Source: Gemmatimonadaceae bacterium
GTDB taxonomy: Bacteria > Gemmatimonadota > Gemmatimonadetes > Gemmatimonadales > Gemmatimonadaceae
DNA: 43,608 bases
Assembly (NCBI GenBank): GCA_044224875.1
Contig: JBGAJQ010000052.1
Location: 1 to 43,608 of the forward strand
Reading direction: 5' to 3'
Shown: positions 27,820 to 37,965 of the stretch, piece after piece
How positions within the stretch are numbered: position 1 is the first letter of the stretch
How the letters are laid out: every line of letters starts with the position of its first letter
The notes under the pieces: model-generated
Told to the model about the DNA's origin: nothing
Databases searched by the model: none
What the model saw: the letters and a program-made list of their open reading frames with translations, nothing else
Position numbers and translations under genes: made by a program

Positions 27820-29785
27820 GTGAGAAAGAGCCTGATCGGCCTGATGCTGGTGATTGGGGCGTGCAGTGGAGACTCCACGGGCCCGACGAATACCGGACCT
27901 GCGAGCCTGACGATTGGCGCGACGTCTACCATTCTGACCGTGGGTACCACGACCCAGCTCACTGCCACCGTACTCGATAGCAAGTCCAACGTGCTGGCGG
28001 GTGTCACCGTGACTTGGCAATCGGACAATGCGTCGATCGCTTCGGTGACCAGTGCTGGACTGGTAACGGCGGTGGCCGAGGGAAGCACGTCGATTCGTGC
28101 AACGGCGGGCAGCGTGTCCAGCACCGTGAGTATCACCGTGAACCGGGACTACTGCACGAACGCGCTTTCCCTGGCTGTCGGTGAGGTGAAGGTCCTGAGC
28201 GGGCCGAGCGCCGTTTCGTGCCTAACGCTTGCGGCGACATCTGGCGCCACGGACTTCCTGTTCGTTACCGCCAACGCCACACCAGTACCCGACAACCTCG
28301 GGTTCTACAATGTGAGCTTGGCGACTCAAGCGGGAGTGTCGTCGATCGGACGCGGCGATCGAAGCCAACGATCCACGACGTGCTCGAGCGCGAGGCCATC
28401 GATACAATGATTGGGTGGAGGACCGCATTCGCGCCGATGAGGCGACTGGTGGCGCGACGCGTGTTCTCGTCGGGTATGCGCCCCACCGGGGAACGGACCG
28501 CTTGGCCTTTACCAGGATGTCTCGGCCGCCGTCGTCCCGACGTTGGGTGACACACTGACCTACCACGTTCCAACATCAATTCCTCGTCCCTGTGCACTTC
28601 GTTCACCGATGTTCGCGCCACCGTGCGCGCAGTTGGAAGACAAGCCGTCCTCGTGCAGGACGTCGCCTCTCCAACCGGTGGGCTTCACCGCGGCGGACTT
28701 CACGGCGATCGCCGCCGAATTCGACGATAAGATCTATCAGGCGGACACACTGTGGTTCGGTGCTCCAACGGATGGAACGCCGATGGGCACATCACCATCC
28801 TTTATACGCCCGAGGTCAACAAGGCGACGCCCGCCGGCTCATCCGGATTTACGGCAGGGTTCTTCTGGGGCGGTGACTTGTTCAAGAAGTCGGAATACCC
28901 GACCAGTAATCCGTGCCCAGCCACGAATGAACAGGAGATCTTTTACCTGCTGACGCCCGATCCGAACGGGAATATCAACAACAATGTGCGAACGACGATC
29001 ACGGTGCGTCAGGGAACGCGCGGCGTGATCGCCCACGAGTTCCAGCACATGATCAACCAGAGCGTGCGGATGTTTAACCCGGCGGTGGACAGCCTGGAGA
29101 CGCCGTGGCTCAACGAGGCCATGTCGCATTTCGCAGAGGAGGCGGTTGGCCGCACCATCCGAGGTTTCGGCGACCAACAGTCCCTGTCGTTCGACGACGT
29201 GAATCCCGGTGCGGCGAACGGCGACGATTACAATGCGTTCTTCCGTCAGAACTTTGCCGCCTCCGGACGTGGATGGTGCGTCCGGATACCGCCTCGCCGG
29301 TCTCGATCAAGGCTCCGCACGCAGCTCGCCCCGCGTGGCGCCGCCTGGATGCTCGTTCGGTACGCTGCCGACCAGTACTCCAATGGCAACCCGCGTGCCT
29401 TCTTCCGTCATCTGGCGACAGGCCCGGAGGTGAACATCTCGAACTTGGTGGCTCGGTCGGGCACGCAGTTTGACGATATCCTCAGCGGCTATCTCGTATC
29501 GGCGTTCGCAGACGATTATGGAATCGCCGGACTTGCCGTCGCGGTATACCGTGCCCAGTTGGAACGTTCGCGATGTCATGAGCCGGTACAACGGTGGAAC
29601 CATGCCGCTGATGGTGACGACTCTGCCGGGTAGCCTGGCCACGCAGTCCCTCTCGGGGTCAGGCAACTACTTCCGCCTCACGAGGACGACCGCCAGCGCA
29701 CAGACGAAGCTCCAGATGCTCTCGTCCGCGGGCACTCCCCGTCAGCTTCGACGGTGCACGTATCTACGTGATGCGGATCAACTGA
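27820..29785 (+). CDS. Lipoprotein with Big_2 Ig-like domain and HExxH zinc peptidase domain (several frameshifts)
   Basis: Lipobox IGAC; VTWQSDNASIASVTSAGLVTAV; IAHEFQHMIN...WLNEAMSHFAEE. Pieces lie in ORFs 27781, 28543, 28752 and 29470. Confidence 0.75.
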
Positions 29786-29813
29786 TCGAAGGAACGCGCT
29801 GAGAGCAGGCGAT

Positions 29814-29846
29814 GCGGGGCGCGAACCAGCGAGGTTCGCGCCCCGC
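29814..29846 (+). terminator. Perfect 14-bp GC stem-loop
   Basis: GCGGGGCGCGAACC-AGCGA-GGTTCGCGCCCCGC, just after the peptidase gene. Confidence 0.5.
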
Positions 29847-30039
29847 TCGCGTTTGGCGGGACCGGGCACGTGGGTACCGCGTTCGTCAGGGCCAAAATAG
29901 CTGGGGCTCCAAGCATCACGCGTAGGCCGGGCGCCCAGCTATCTTTCGAGACCTACTCCGGACTGAACCACCCCCATGCGCCCCATGGCGGTCCGTTGAC
30001 GAGTAGGCCGATGAACGAACCCGGCGCGGACCTGACGAC

Positions 30040-31513
30040 GTGAACAAGAACACCCAACGCGGCATGGTTGCTCGCCTCAGGCGCTTCCGGGCGTCCCTGA
30101 TGGAAGCACCGACCCCGCTCCTGGCGGATGAAAGCCAGTGGTACACCGAGCACGCAGCGCTACTGATCAGTACGCTCAAGTGGGCGTTCCTCGGCGCCTC
30201 GGCCGGTGTCTGTGTCGGGTGGGGAACGCGTGGGTTCCTCTGGGCGGTTGCTGCGGCGCCGGCTGGCATGCACTACATCACGCGCGGCGCGTTCGCCCCG
30301 TTCTTCCTCCTGCCCGTGGCGCTCCCGCTTTGCGTGTGGCTCATCCGCACGTTCGCGCCGGATGCGCGCGGCCACGGGACAGAAGCCGTCATTGCCGCCG
30401 TACACCAGCGCAGCGGGCGCGTCGATTGGCTGATCGCACCGATCAAGCTCGCGGCCACGGTGCTGACGCTCGCCGTCGGTGGGTCGGTCGGCAAGGAGGG
30501 CCCGGCAGCTCAAATTGGTGCCTCCATCACGAGCCTCTTCGCTGACCTCATGCGACTGCGCGACGAGGACCGACGTCGCATCGTGATCTGCGGCATCAGT
30601 GCCGGATTCGCCGCCGTGTTCGGCACGCCGGTCTCCGGGGCGCTGTTCGGCATTGAGGTGTTGTACCTGGGCCAGATCGACTACACGGTCATCTTCCCGG
30701 CGATGGTGGCGGGCATCGTCGGGCACCTCGCATGCGGTGCCGCACCGCCATTCCCTGCGCTCCAGGACACGTTTGGCGACGCCGGCCAGGTCCGCATCAT
30801 CCTTACGTCGCTCGGATCCGGAGCGGTATTCGGACTCGTCGCCCTGTTGCTCATCGAATCACTGCGTGGACTGGAAGCGCTCGTAAAGAAGAGCGCCCTC
30901 AACCCATACGCCGTTGCGGCTGTCGGCGGCGTCATGCTCGTGTTGCTCTACTCCGTGGCAGGCGCGGACTACGCAGGCCTGGGCACCAGTACCATCGACG
31001 GTGTGCTTTCCGGCACGATGACCGTCGTGTCGTGGGCATTCGTGCTCAAGATCGTCGCCACCGCGATCACGTTGGAGACGGGGGGGAGTGGTGGAATCTT
31101 GACGCCCATCTTCTTTGTGGGAACGACAAGTGGCGCGGCCCTCGCGCCGCTGCTGGGCGTGCCAACCACCTTGCTCTCGGCGTTCGGCTTCGTGTCCGTC
31201 TTGGCCGCGGCGGCCAACACGCCGATTGCCGCGGCCGTCATGGCCATCGAGGTCCTGCCGGCGCGCGAGGGCGTCTTCGCAGCCCTCGCCGCGGCGACCG
31301 CCTTTCATGGTTGGCCATCGCAGTGTGTACGCCAGCCAAAAACTCGGCTTCTCCAAGTCGGCGGGGTTGGAGCTCCTGCTGGGTGGCACCATCGGTGAAC
31401 TCGATCGCGCGTCATTCAGAGTTCGGCGCGGGAGCCTCACGGAGCGGGTCCATCACCTGGGGCGAAGCCTGAGCGAGCCGTCGTCCACGGAAGAGGATCA
31501 TTCGGAGGAATAG
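30040..31513 (+). CDS. ClC/EriC chloride (possibly fluoride) channel protein; frameshift near 31305
   Basis: GHGTE, GGSVGKEGP, GFAAVFGTP, GGSGGILTPIF, AANTP; the C-terminus MVGHRSVYASQ is in another frame. Confidence 0.88.
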
Positions 31514-31600
31514 CTGACGGTCGGCCGCCTTCGCTGGTGCGCGATGACCTTCGGTGATGCAGGCGTCGCCGAATTGCCAAGCCATTGGAGGGCGTAGCAT

Positions 31601-32169
31601 ATGGGCATGCCGCAAACCGCGCACATCTGGACACGAGACGAAGTCCAAGCGCTCCCGGACGACGGGCAGCGCTACGAACTCGTGGACGGCGAATTGCTGG
31701 TGAGTCCCTCGCCATCTCACCTCCACCAGCGAACCGTGGGTGAGCTGTTCGTCCGCCTGCATGCCTACGTGCGCCAGCTGCGACTGGGAGAGGCCCTAAT
31801 TTCGCCGGCAGACTTGGACTTGAACGTCGGCCAGCTCATGCAGCCCGACGTGTTCGTGCTCCCCGCCGGAGCCATGAAGTCCGCAAGGAGCCCGTGGTCT
31901 GACGCCGGGTTCCTCTCCTCACCATCGAGGTACTCTCGCCGTCCACGGCGCGCTACGATCGCATCGTCAAACGGTCTCGGTTTCAACGCTCCGGGGTTCC
32001 CGAGTACTGGATCGTCGATGTGGACGCGCGGGTGGTCGAGCGCTGGCGACCGGACGACGCGCGCCCCGAAGTCCTGGATGCCACACGTGAGTGGACACCG
32101 CCAGGCGCAACGGTGCCGTTGGTGCTGGACCTGGTCACGCTCTTTCGCGAGGTGTGGGGCGAGGCATAA
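31601..32169 (+). CDS. Uma2 family endonuclease; frameshift near 31910
   Basis: LPDDGQRYELVDGELLVSPSP..LHQ, QPDVFV, then IEVLSPSTARYDR..K...GVPEYWIVD in the shifted frame. Confidence 0.85.
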
Positions 32170-32254
32170 CGCGCGGTGCGGCCGTTGGCGGCAAAACCAA
32201 CACCTCTCGCGGCAAAGACGTTGGCACGCCGGCGAGTCGTTCGTAGCATACAGC

Positions 32255-33232
32255 ATGCGACACTACCGACACGCGATCGCGCTGCTCTCCATGGCCACGC
32301 TGACGACGTCACTCGGCGCACAAACCACGGAACAGGCCCTCATCGCCGCCCGGGACACCGTCTGGCGCGCCTTCTTCCGTCACGACACCGCCGCCCTGCG
32401 GCGCTACCTCCCGCCGGCAGCTGCTACACTGGAAGGGGGTGACAGCAGTCGCTGGAACAATCGGGAGGACATCCTCAGCTCGTCGCGCGACTTCGCGCGC
32501 TCCGGGTCACGTCTGGTGGACGTGACCTTCGACGACACCCAGATCGCGATGGCCGGCCATACCGCCGTGCTGCGATCGAGCTATACTGTCATCGTGGAGG
32601 CTGGCGGACGGCGCGATACCACGCGCGGCCGAGCCACGGAACTGTTCGTGTTGCAGGGCAGCACCTGGGTGAACCCCTACTGGCAGCTGGAAGAAGGACG
32701 CCTGGGCGCCGAGCGCGAGATTCCACTCCCCGACACCCTCGGTGCCAACTTTGTCCTGGCCGACAGTGCCAAGGCCATGGGCACCCTCGCCGACTACGAC
32801 GCCTTGTTAGGCACCTGGGAGTTCCGGTTTCAGCCGCGGAAGCCCGACGGGACGTACTGGGCGCCATTCACGGGACATTGGACGTTCGAGAAGGTGCCCG
32901 GCGGCGGCTTGATCGAGGATCGCTGGCGCCCGGATGATCCGGAACTCCCCATGGCGCAGAGTCTGCACACCTACCGGACGTTCGATCCGGTACGCCGAGT
33001 CTGGCAGATGATCGGCAGCAATGCAAAGGGCGGGGCAGTGCAGCCGGGTCTCACCTGGTCCGATGCCACGAGTCGTTATGCGATCCAGCGGAATGGTCGC
33101 CAGCTCTCGCGCATTCGCTATCAGGCGATTACGCCGGATCGGTTTCTCTGGCGTTCAGATGTCAGCCACGACGGGGGGGTGACGTGGCTGTTGGACGCGG
33201 GGATGATGGAGGCGCGGCGCATCGGGAAGTAG
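32255..33232 (+). CDS. Secreted NTF2-like (DUF4440) protein with a second beta-rich domain
   Basis: Signal peptide; ARDTVWRAFF.HD, GRATELFV; YDALLGTW...WRSDVSHDGGVTW. Confidence 0.7.
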   Translation: MRHYRHAIALLSMATLTTSLGAQTTEQALIAARDTVWRAFFRHDTAALRRYLPPAAATLEGGDSSRWNNREDILSSSRDFARSGSRLVDVTFDDTQIAMAGHTAVLRSSYTVIVEAGGRRDTTRGRATELFVLQGSTWVNPYWQLEEGRLGAEREIPLPDTLGANFVLADSAKAMGTLADYDALLGTWEFRFQPRKPDGTYWAPFTGHWTFEKVPGGGLIEDRWRPDDPELPMAQSLHTYRTFDPVRRVWQMIGSNAKGGAVQPGLTWSDATSRYAIQRNGRQLSRIRYQAITPDRFLWRSDVSHDGGVTWLLDAGMMEARRIGK

Positions 33233-33298
33233 GGATTTCGATACCCCGTTCTTGTTTTGGGGAAGGACTTGCGGTCTGAAGCCCGTGGCTAGGGCGCG

Positions 33299-33649
33299 TC
33301 AACGTCGGCGAGTTATGGCCGACAGCTTTAGCGCTTCGCGCCCACGCCGCACGTCGAGGACTACCTTCTGCAAAGCCAGGAACCGCAACAGCGAATCTGC
33401 GGTGCTCTTTGAAAGCGCAATTGAATTCACCGCGAGGACCGTGTCGCCTTTGCGAAGGCCAGCGTCCCATGCCGGTGACGCGCTGTCGACCCGTACAACC
33501 CAGCCACCACGACTCGAAGCGCAGGCCGACTTCATGCAGATGGCAATTGTAGCCCCCATATAGCCGGTCGGTGGCGAGTTAGTTGCGGACTGACTCTCCG
33601 CCGTTCTGCTACAGGCGATCATAGCGATTGCACCCGCGCCGTACCGCAT
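33299..33649 (-). CDS. Small PDZ-domain protein (possible lipoprotein)
   Basis: GYMGATI...VDSASPAWDAGLRKGDTVLAVN...LDVRRG. Confidence 0.6.
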   Translation of the reverse strand: MRYGAGAIAMIACSRTAESQSATNSPPTGYMGATIAICMKSACASSRGGWVVRVDSASPAWDAGLRKGDTVLAVNSIALSKSTADSLLRFLALQKVVLDVRRGREALKLSAITRRR

Positions 33650-33705
33650 GGTGCGTCCTCTGAAGGCGATGCGAAGTGGTATCCACCTCATAAGCGGACT
33701 CCGAG

Positions 33706-34089
33706 TTAGTTCAGTCGCGAGCAACGCCGAACAACGAGTCCAGATCGCGCGACTCTGTCTGCGCGATCTAGACTCATTTTCATCCGTTCATGAGACCCAG
33801 CAGCACCACCGACCTCCTCGGAAGCAGGAAACGCTGAATCGGTCCCGACGCCAACGATATGGACGCGAAGCGAAGTATCCTCGTGGCTGAGTCGTCGAAC
33901 AGCGTAGAGCGGCGCGACACAGGACAGGCAGTCCCGCTCCGTCAGGAACCACGCGAGGACGGGTCGTGCGCGGGATTCTTCGTTGAATGCCTCGGACAAG
34001 TTGCCGGACCGGTCCGTGTGGGATGAGCACGCCACAGCGCACGCGAGGAACCAAATACAACGGCACCGAACTGTTGATGAGATGATCAT
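33706..34089 (-). CDS. Hypothetical thioredoxin-like CxxC lipoprotein (probably frameshifted)
   Basis: AVACSS lipobox; PVLAWFL..DCLSC...VHIVGV. Confidence 0.4.
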   Translation of the reverse strand: MIISSTVRCRCIWFLACAVACSSHTDRSGNLSEAFNEESRARPVLAWFLTERDCLSCVAPLYAVRRLSHEDTSLRVHIVGVGTDSAFPASEEVGGAAGSHERMKMSLDRADRVARSGLVVRRCSRLN

Positions 34090-34098
34090 CTTGCTTCA

Positions 34099-35130
34099 TC
34101 ACCGTCGAACGACGCCGATCTTCCAGGCGTTGGGAGCCTGTCCGACTGGATCCACAAATACCGCATCGCCGTCGCGCCTAACGAAGAGCAGCTGTGCGCC
34201 TAACGTGTCGTCAAGCTGTGCCTCGAACTGCCGATCGCGAAGGGCAAGCATCCACACGGGCCCCGCCACTCCTGACTTCGAGTACTGCACAAACGTGGCG
34301 CCATTTGGTGCGGCGTAGGGGCGCTCCACGCGGCTTGCAGCGCCCATCCAGGAACGCAACGCGAAGGGTGAGTTGGCGGTGGCCGGAGGATCTGTGTCAT
34401 GATACGTGAAGAAGCGGAGGCGCAGAGAGCGCTTTCCGAGCGACGCGCCAGTGCTTGAGAACAGATAGAGCGTGTCGCACAAGCTGTAGGTCGCGTAGAT
34501 CGTGTCGCGAATAACAGTCGCTGCAGCCCAGGCGGATGAAGCAATCAGCATCGGCGTAGCGTGCACGACGGAAGGCGCAGTGAAGAAGCTCTCCTGTACG
34601 GAATCCGAACCCACGTTCCACAAGTGCAGGAACGCGGTCGCTCCGGCGGCGTGACGTTGTGCGGCGACGAGCACGCGAGCCCCCACCTGATTCAGGCCGA
34701 AGATTGGGCCGGACACGACACGGTGACGCGAAACGTAGCGACCCGTCGAGTCGAAGATGTGGACCGTGCCGTTTGCATCGGCGACGAGAATATTGCCGTC
34801 TGCTAACCGAAGCGTGGAAAGCGGTGGGGCGGTGAACTCGCCAGGACCGCCGCCGCGTCGCCCGAAGTGCATAAGCAGCTTGCCATGATCATCGTAGCGG
34901 CGAACCTGAAATTCGCGTACATCGGCGACAAGCGCACCTCCAAGCAGGTCGGCGGTTGCAACTGGCGCCACGTTGAGGACACCGGGAGGCTCCTCTAGCC
35001 TAATGCTATCCCGCCATTCGATGGACACCGAGTGGCGATCGCGGCCGCTCTCGGAAAGATGACATGACGCGAGCGTAGCGACGGTAAAGACGAGGAGTCC
35101 GCGCGTCTCACTCGACATAACAGGCCACAC
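34099..35130 (-). CDS. 6-bladed (NHL-like) beta-propeller lipoprotein
   Basis: LASC lipobox; LVAD..QVRRYD..G, FGRRGGGPGEF, HIFDSTGRY. Confidence 0.7.
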   Translation of the reverse strand: MWPVMSSETRGLLVFTVATLASCHLSESGRDRHSVSIEWRDSIRLEEPPGVLNVAPVATADLLGGALVADVREFQVRRYDDHGKLLMHFGRRGGGPGEFTAPPLSTLRLADGNILVADANGTVHIFDSTGRYVSRHRVVSGPIFGLNQVGARVLVAAQRHAAGATAFLHLWNVGSDSVQESFFTAPSVVHATPMLIASSAWAAATVIRDTIYATYSLCDTLYLFSSTGASLGKRSLRLRFFTYHDTDPPATANSPFALRSWMGAASRVERPYAAPNGATFVQYSKSGVAGPVWMLALRDRQFEAQLDDTLGAQLLFVRRDGDAVFVDPVGQAPNAWKIGVVRR

Positions 35131-35513
35131 GGGATCTGACGCGCCGTCGCACCGACAGGTCGTACGCCTCCACCCACATGGTCACGCCCTTCCGATTGGG
35201 ACTGCGACAGCATTGTCGCAGCCAGCAAGAATGTCAAGCATGCGAACCATTGACTACAGGTGAACGGTGCGCGCCGGGACGCGCGCCGAGCCGCCGGGTT
35301 CCGCTGCTCAGTGTGGCTCAGCCAGCGTTGCGCAATGACCAACCAGTCGCTGACGTCAGACTCAGTCAAAGGTGAAGCTGGCGGAGCGGTTGAGCCTGTG
35401 CGCAACTGGTGCCCACGTTCGGAAGGCTCTTGCCCGACGACAGAGGCGAACCCTGCAGGGGGGCTCTCCCAAAGGTTGCGCCCCGACAGCTCGGACAGGT
35501 GCGGGAACCGACG

Positions 35514-35630
35514 GTACACCCTTACTGGCAACTGGAAGAGGGCCAACTCGGCACCGAACGGGAGATCGCGTTCCCGGATACTCTTGGGGTGAGCTTTGCC
35601 CTCGCCGACAGTGTCGAGGCACTCGGAGCC
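35514..35630 (+). pseudogene. Remnant paralogous to the middle of the 32255-33232 gene
   Basis: VHPYWQLEEGQLGTEREIAFPDTLGVSFALADS matches VNPYWQLEEGRLGAEREIPLPDTLGANFVLADS (~32670-32770). Confidence 0.75.
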
Positions 35631-35788
35631 ATCACGGCGTAGCACCTGCGGTGTCGAGGATGATGCGCGGCGGTGTAGGCCGCGTCATTAGGGCCCGGGG
35701 TGCAATTGTTCGGTCCTCATCCGCGGGAGGTGATGAGGCAAATTCGCGGGGTGCGCCCTTGCAATTCACCCGCCGAGTCGAACAACCT

Positions 35789-36373
35789 ATGTCCATGCCG
35801 GCAACGCTGCGGAAAGTGTGGACGGAAGCCGAAGTCCTCGCGCTCATCGATGAGCAGGAGGACCGGAGCGTGCGCTACGAATTTGCTGACGGCGAGTTGC
35901 TGGTGACGCCCGCGCCATCGGAGTACCACCAGCGGGCGATTCGCCTCCTCTATCGTCAGCTCGACGAATTCGTGGAACGGCGGCGCTATGGCGAAGTTCG
36001 ACTCGGCCCATCCGTTGTCCGCGTGGCGTCGGGTACGCTCTTTCAACCGGACATCTACGTCGTCCCGTCTTTGGACGGCAAGCGACCGCGCGCCGATGTA
36101 CCAGTCACGAAGGCATCGCTCATCGTGGAGGTGCTGTCGCCCGGGTCCATCCGGCACGATCGCTTGACCAAGCGATACCACTACCTGCGCGGCACCGTTC
36201 GCGACTACTGGATCGTGGACCTGGACGGCGAGGTGATCGAGCGCTGGCTGCAGGGAGACGACCGTCCGACGATTGTCGACCAGCGGATCGAGTGGCGTCC
36301 GTCGGGTTCAACGGAGGGGGAGGCGCTCGTGATCGATGTGGCGGCGTTCTTTCGGTCGGTGGCCGACGAGTAG
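35789..36373 (+). CDS. Uma2 family endonuclease (second copy)
   Basis: RYEFADGELLVTPAP..HQ, QPDIYV, VEVLSPGS..HDRLTK, DYWIVD. Confidence 0.88.
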   Translation: MSMPATLRKVWTEAEVLALIDEQEDRSVRYEFADGELLVTPAPSEYHQRAIRLLYRQLDEFVERRRYGEVRLGPSVVRVASGTLFQPDIYVVPSLDGKRPRADVPVTKASLIVEVLSPGSIRHDRLTKRYHYLRGTVRDYWIVDLDGEVIERWLQGDDRPTIVDQRIEWRPSGSTEGEALVIDVAAFFRSVADE

Positions 36374-36613
36374 TGGGAGTCGCGCTCCTCCTCCTCGCGG
36401 ACGGGGTGGCTCGTTCCGCCGCTTGCAACGACAGTGCCCGAGCTATGTGCGCGCGCGCGGCGAGCCGGAGAGAGCCTGCGATACGCGCCAGCGCTCGCGA
36501 ATCGAGTATCGGGGACGTTTCGGCGACGGCGACGCGCGAGACCATGGCGTAGGGTAGCTGCTGACGGGGGCCACAACCGCGTTGCTGGGCAGGAAGACGC
36601 CTTTCCGGACCCA

Positions 36614-37098
36614 GAAGGGTCGTGGGCGCAACTCGAAGACACTCCGGCGGAACTCGAACAGTCGTGGGCGGGACGCGAACAGTCGTGGGCGGGACGCGAA
36701 GAGTCGTGGGCGGAGTTTGAAGAGACTCGGGCGGAAGTTGAAGAGTCGTGGGCGGGACTGGAACAGTCGTGGGCGGAACTCGAAGAGTGGTGAGCGGAGT
36801 TCGGAGAGACTCGGGCGGAGGTTGAAGAGTCGTGGGCGGAACGCGAGGAGTCGTGGGCGGAACGCGAAGAGTCGTGGGCGGAACTCGAAGAGACTCGGGC
36901 GGAGTGCGAAGACTCGATTGCGGAAGTTGAAGACACTCCAGCGGAAGTGAGAGAGTCGCCGGCGGGACTTGAAGAGACGATTGCGAACTTGAAGAGACGA
37001 TTGCGGAACTCGAAGAGACGATTGCGGAAGCGAAAGACGCTCGGGCGGAACGCGAAGAAGCGATTGCGGAAGTGAGAGACGCTCGGGCGGAACGTGAA
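36614..37098. repeat. 21-bp tandem repeat, about 23 degenerate units
   Basis: Consensus GAAGAGTCGTGGGCGGAACTC, drifting to GAAGAGACGATTGCGGAA near the 3' end. Confidence 0.9.
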
Positions 37099-37209
37099 GA
37101 CCGGGCGAGTGGTGCGTGTGTGGGGCTGGGTCATCGTTAGGTCCCTCGGGTCAGGCGTTCCCCGAAGACGGCCGCGAAGTAGGGCAGGGCGGCCGTCCAC
37201 GGCTGGGTC

Positions 37210-37296
37210 TTACAGGGACCATTTCGCACGGATGTTACGCAGCGCCAGGAAGAGCAACTTCGCCGCCGCCTCGTCGGTCGGGAAGCGCCCCCGCAC
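37210..37296 (-). mobile_element. IS256-family transposase C-terminal remnant
   Basis: Minus strand reads RGRFPTDEAAAKLLFLALRNIRAKWSL*, the typical IS256 C-terminal FP.D.A..KL..LA motif. Confidence 0.7.
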
Positions 37297-37327
37297 CGGT
37301 TGGCCTACCGGGATAGCCCTCTACCGC

Positions 37328-37376
37328 GTGTTTCATTTTCAATCGGAGCGTCTGTCCCACATTCAATCGGTTGACA
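37328..37376 (-). mobile_element. IS21-like terminal repeat remnant
   Basis: Minus strand TGTCAACCGATTGAATGTGGGACAG...CCGATTGAAAATGAAACAC: TGT terminus with reiterated CCGATTGAA. Confidence 0.5.
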
Positions 37377-37774
37377 CAGGCCGAGCGTCGAGGCGTTCAC
37401 CTGCATGATTCTGGCTGAGGCCTCGCTTGGATCAGGCGGCTCGCGACGCGGCTGCTGAGCGCTGCCGGACTCCGAGGGTGAAGCGTATCATCAGGCGGGA
37501 CCGCGCGTTGGAACGGATGTGCGGCGCAGCACTCGCGTGGTCCGGTGAGTTGGCACAACTGAATGCTGCGTAGGGGCAGGTGACGGGGTGACTAACGCGA
37601 GTCGCGGGAGCGCTGTGCGCAGCGCAATCGGATATCACTGCGATGTGGTTGCTGCGGGGGTCTGCAGGGATACACAGCTGCATCCTGCGTTGGAAGCAGT
37701 GCAACCGAGGATCGCGAGGGGGATGGTGGGCGACGATCCTTACGAGGGGTGCAGGGTGGGTGGGTACGGGGCTG

Positions 37775-37803
37775 TTTCGCGCGGCCAGGGGAAGTGGTAA
37801 TAT
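37775..37803 (+). promoter_or_regulatory. Candidate Pc cassette promoter
   Basis: TTTCGC-17 nt-TAATAT with an extended TGn, ~70 nt upstream of the attI-like site. Confidence 0.4.
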
Positions 37804-37860
37804 CCGAATGGTCGGAGCCGTCAGTACCTGCAGGGCGTGCGGAATGCGGGTCTGAGTCAT

Positions 37861-37882
37861 GCAGGTTAAAGAAAAGTTAGGC
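37861..37882 (+). other. attI-like integron recombination site
   Basis: TTAAAGAAAA-GTTAGGC resembles the attI1 end CTAAAACAAA-GTTRRRY. It is the first core site of the array and has no attC hairpin before it. Confidence 0.55.
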
Positions 37883-37965
37883 TGCGCAGGCTTCCGTGAG
37901 CGGAAGCTTCTTGTTCTTGGGGAACAGCGGTGCGGCATCGCCAGGCGGCGCGCGACGGTCGGTGT
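37877..37965 (+). repeat. ORF-less cassette copy 1 (5' part only, fused to the TIR gene)
   Basis: Nearly identical to 39226-39311. Confidence 0.85.

Noticed and set aside
31601..33232. Uma2-DUF4440 fusion (543-aa ORF)
   Set aside because: Produced by a frameshift near 31910; Uma2 ends at 32169 and the next gene has its own signal peptide at 32255.
36614..37098. CRISPR array
   Set aside because: Contiguous degenerate 21-bp units with no unique spacers and no cas genes.
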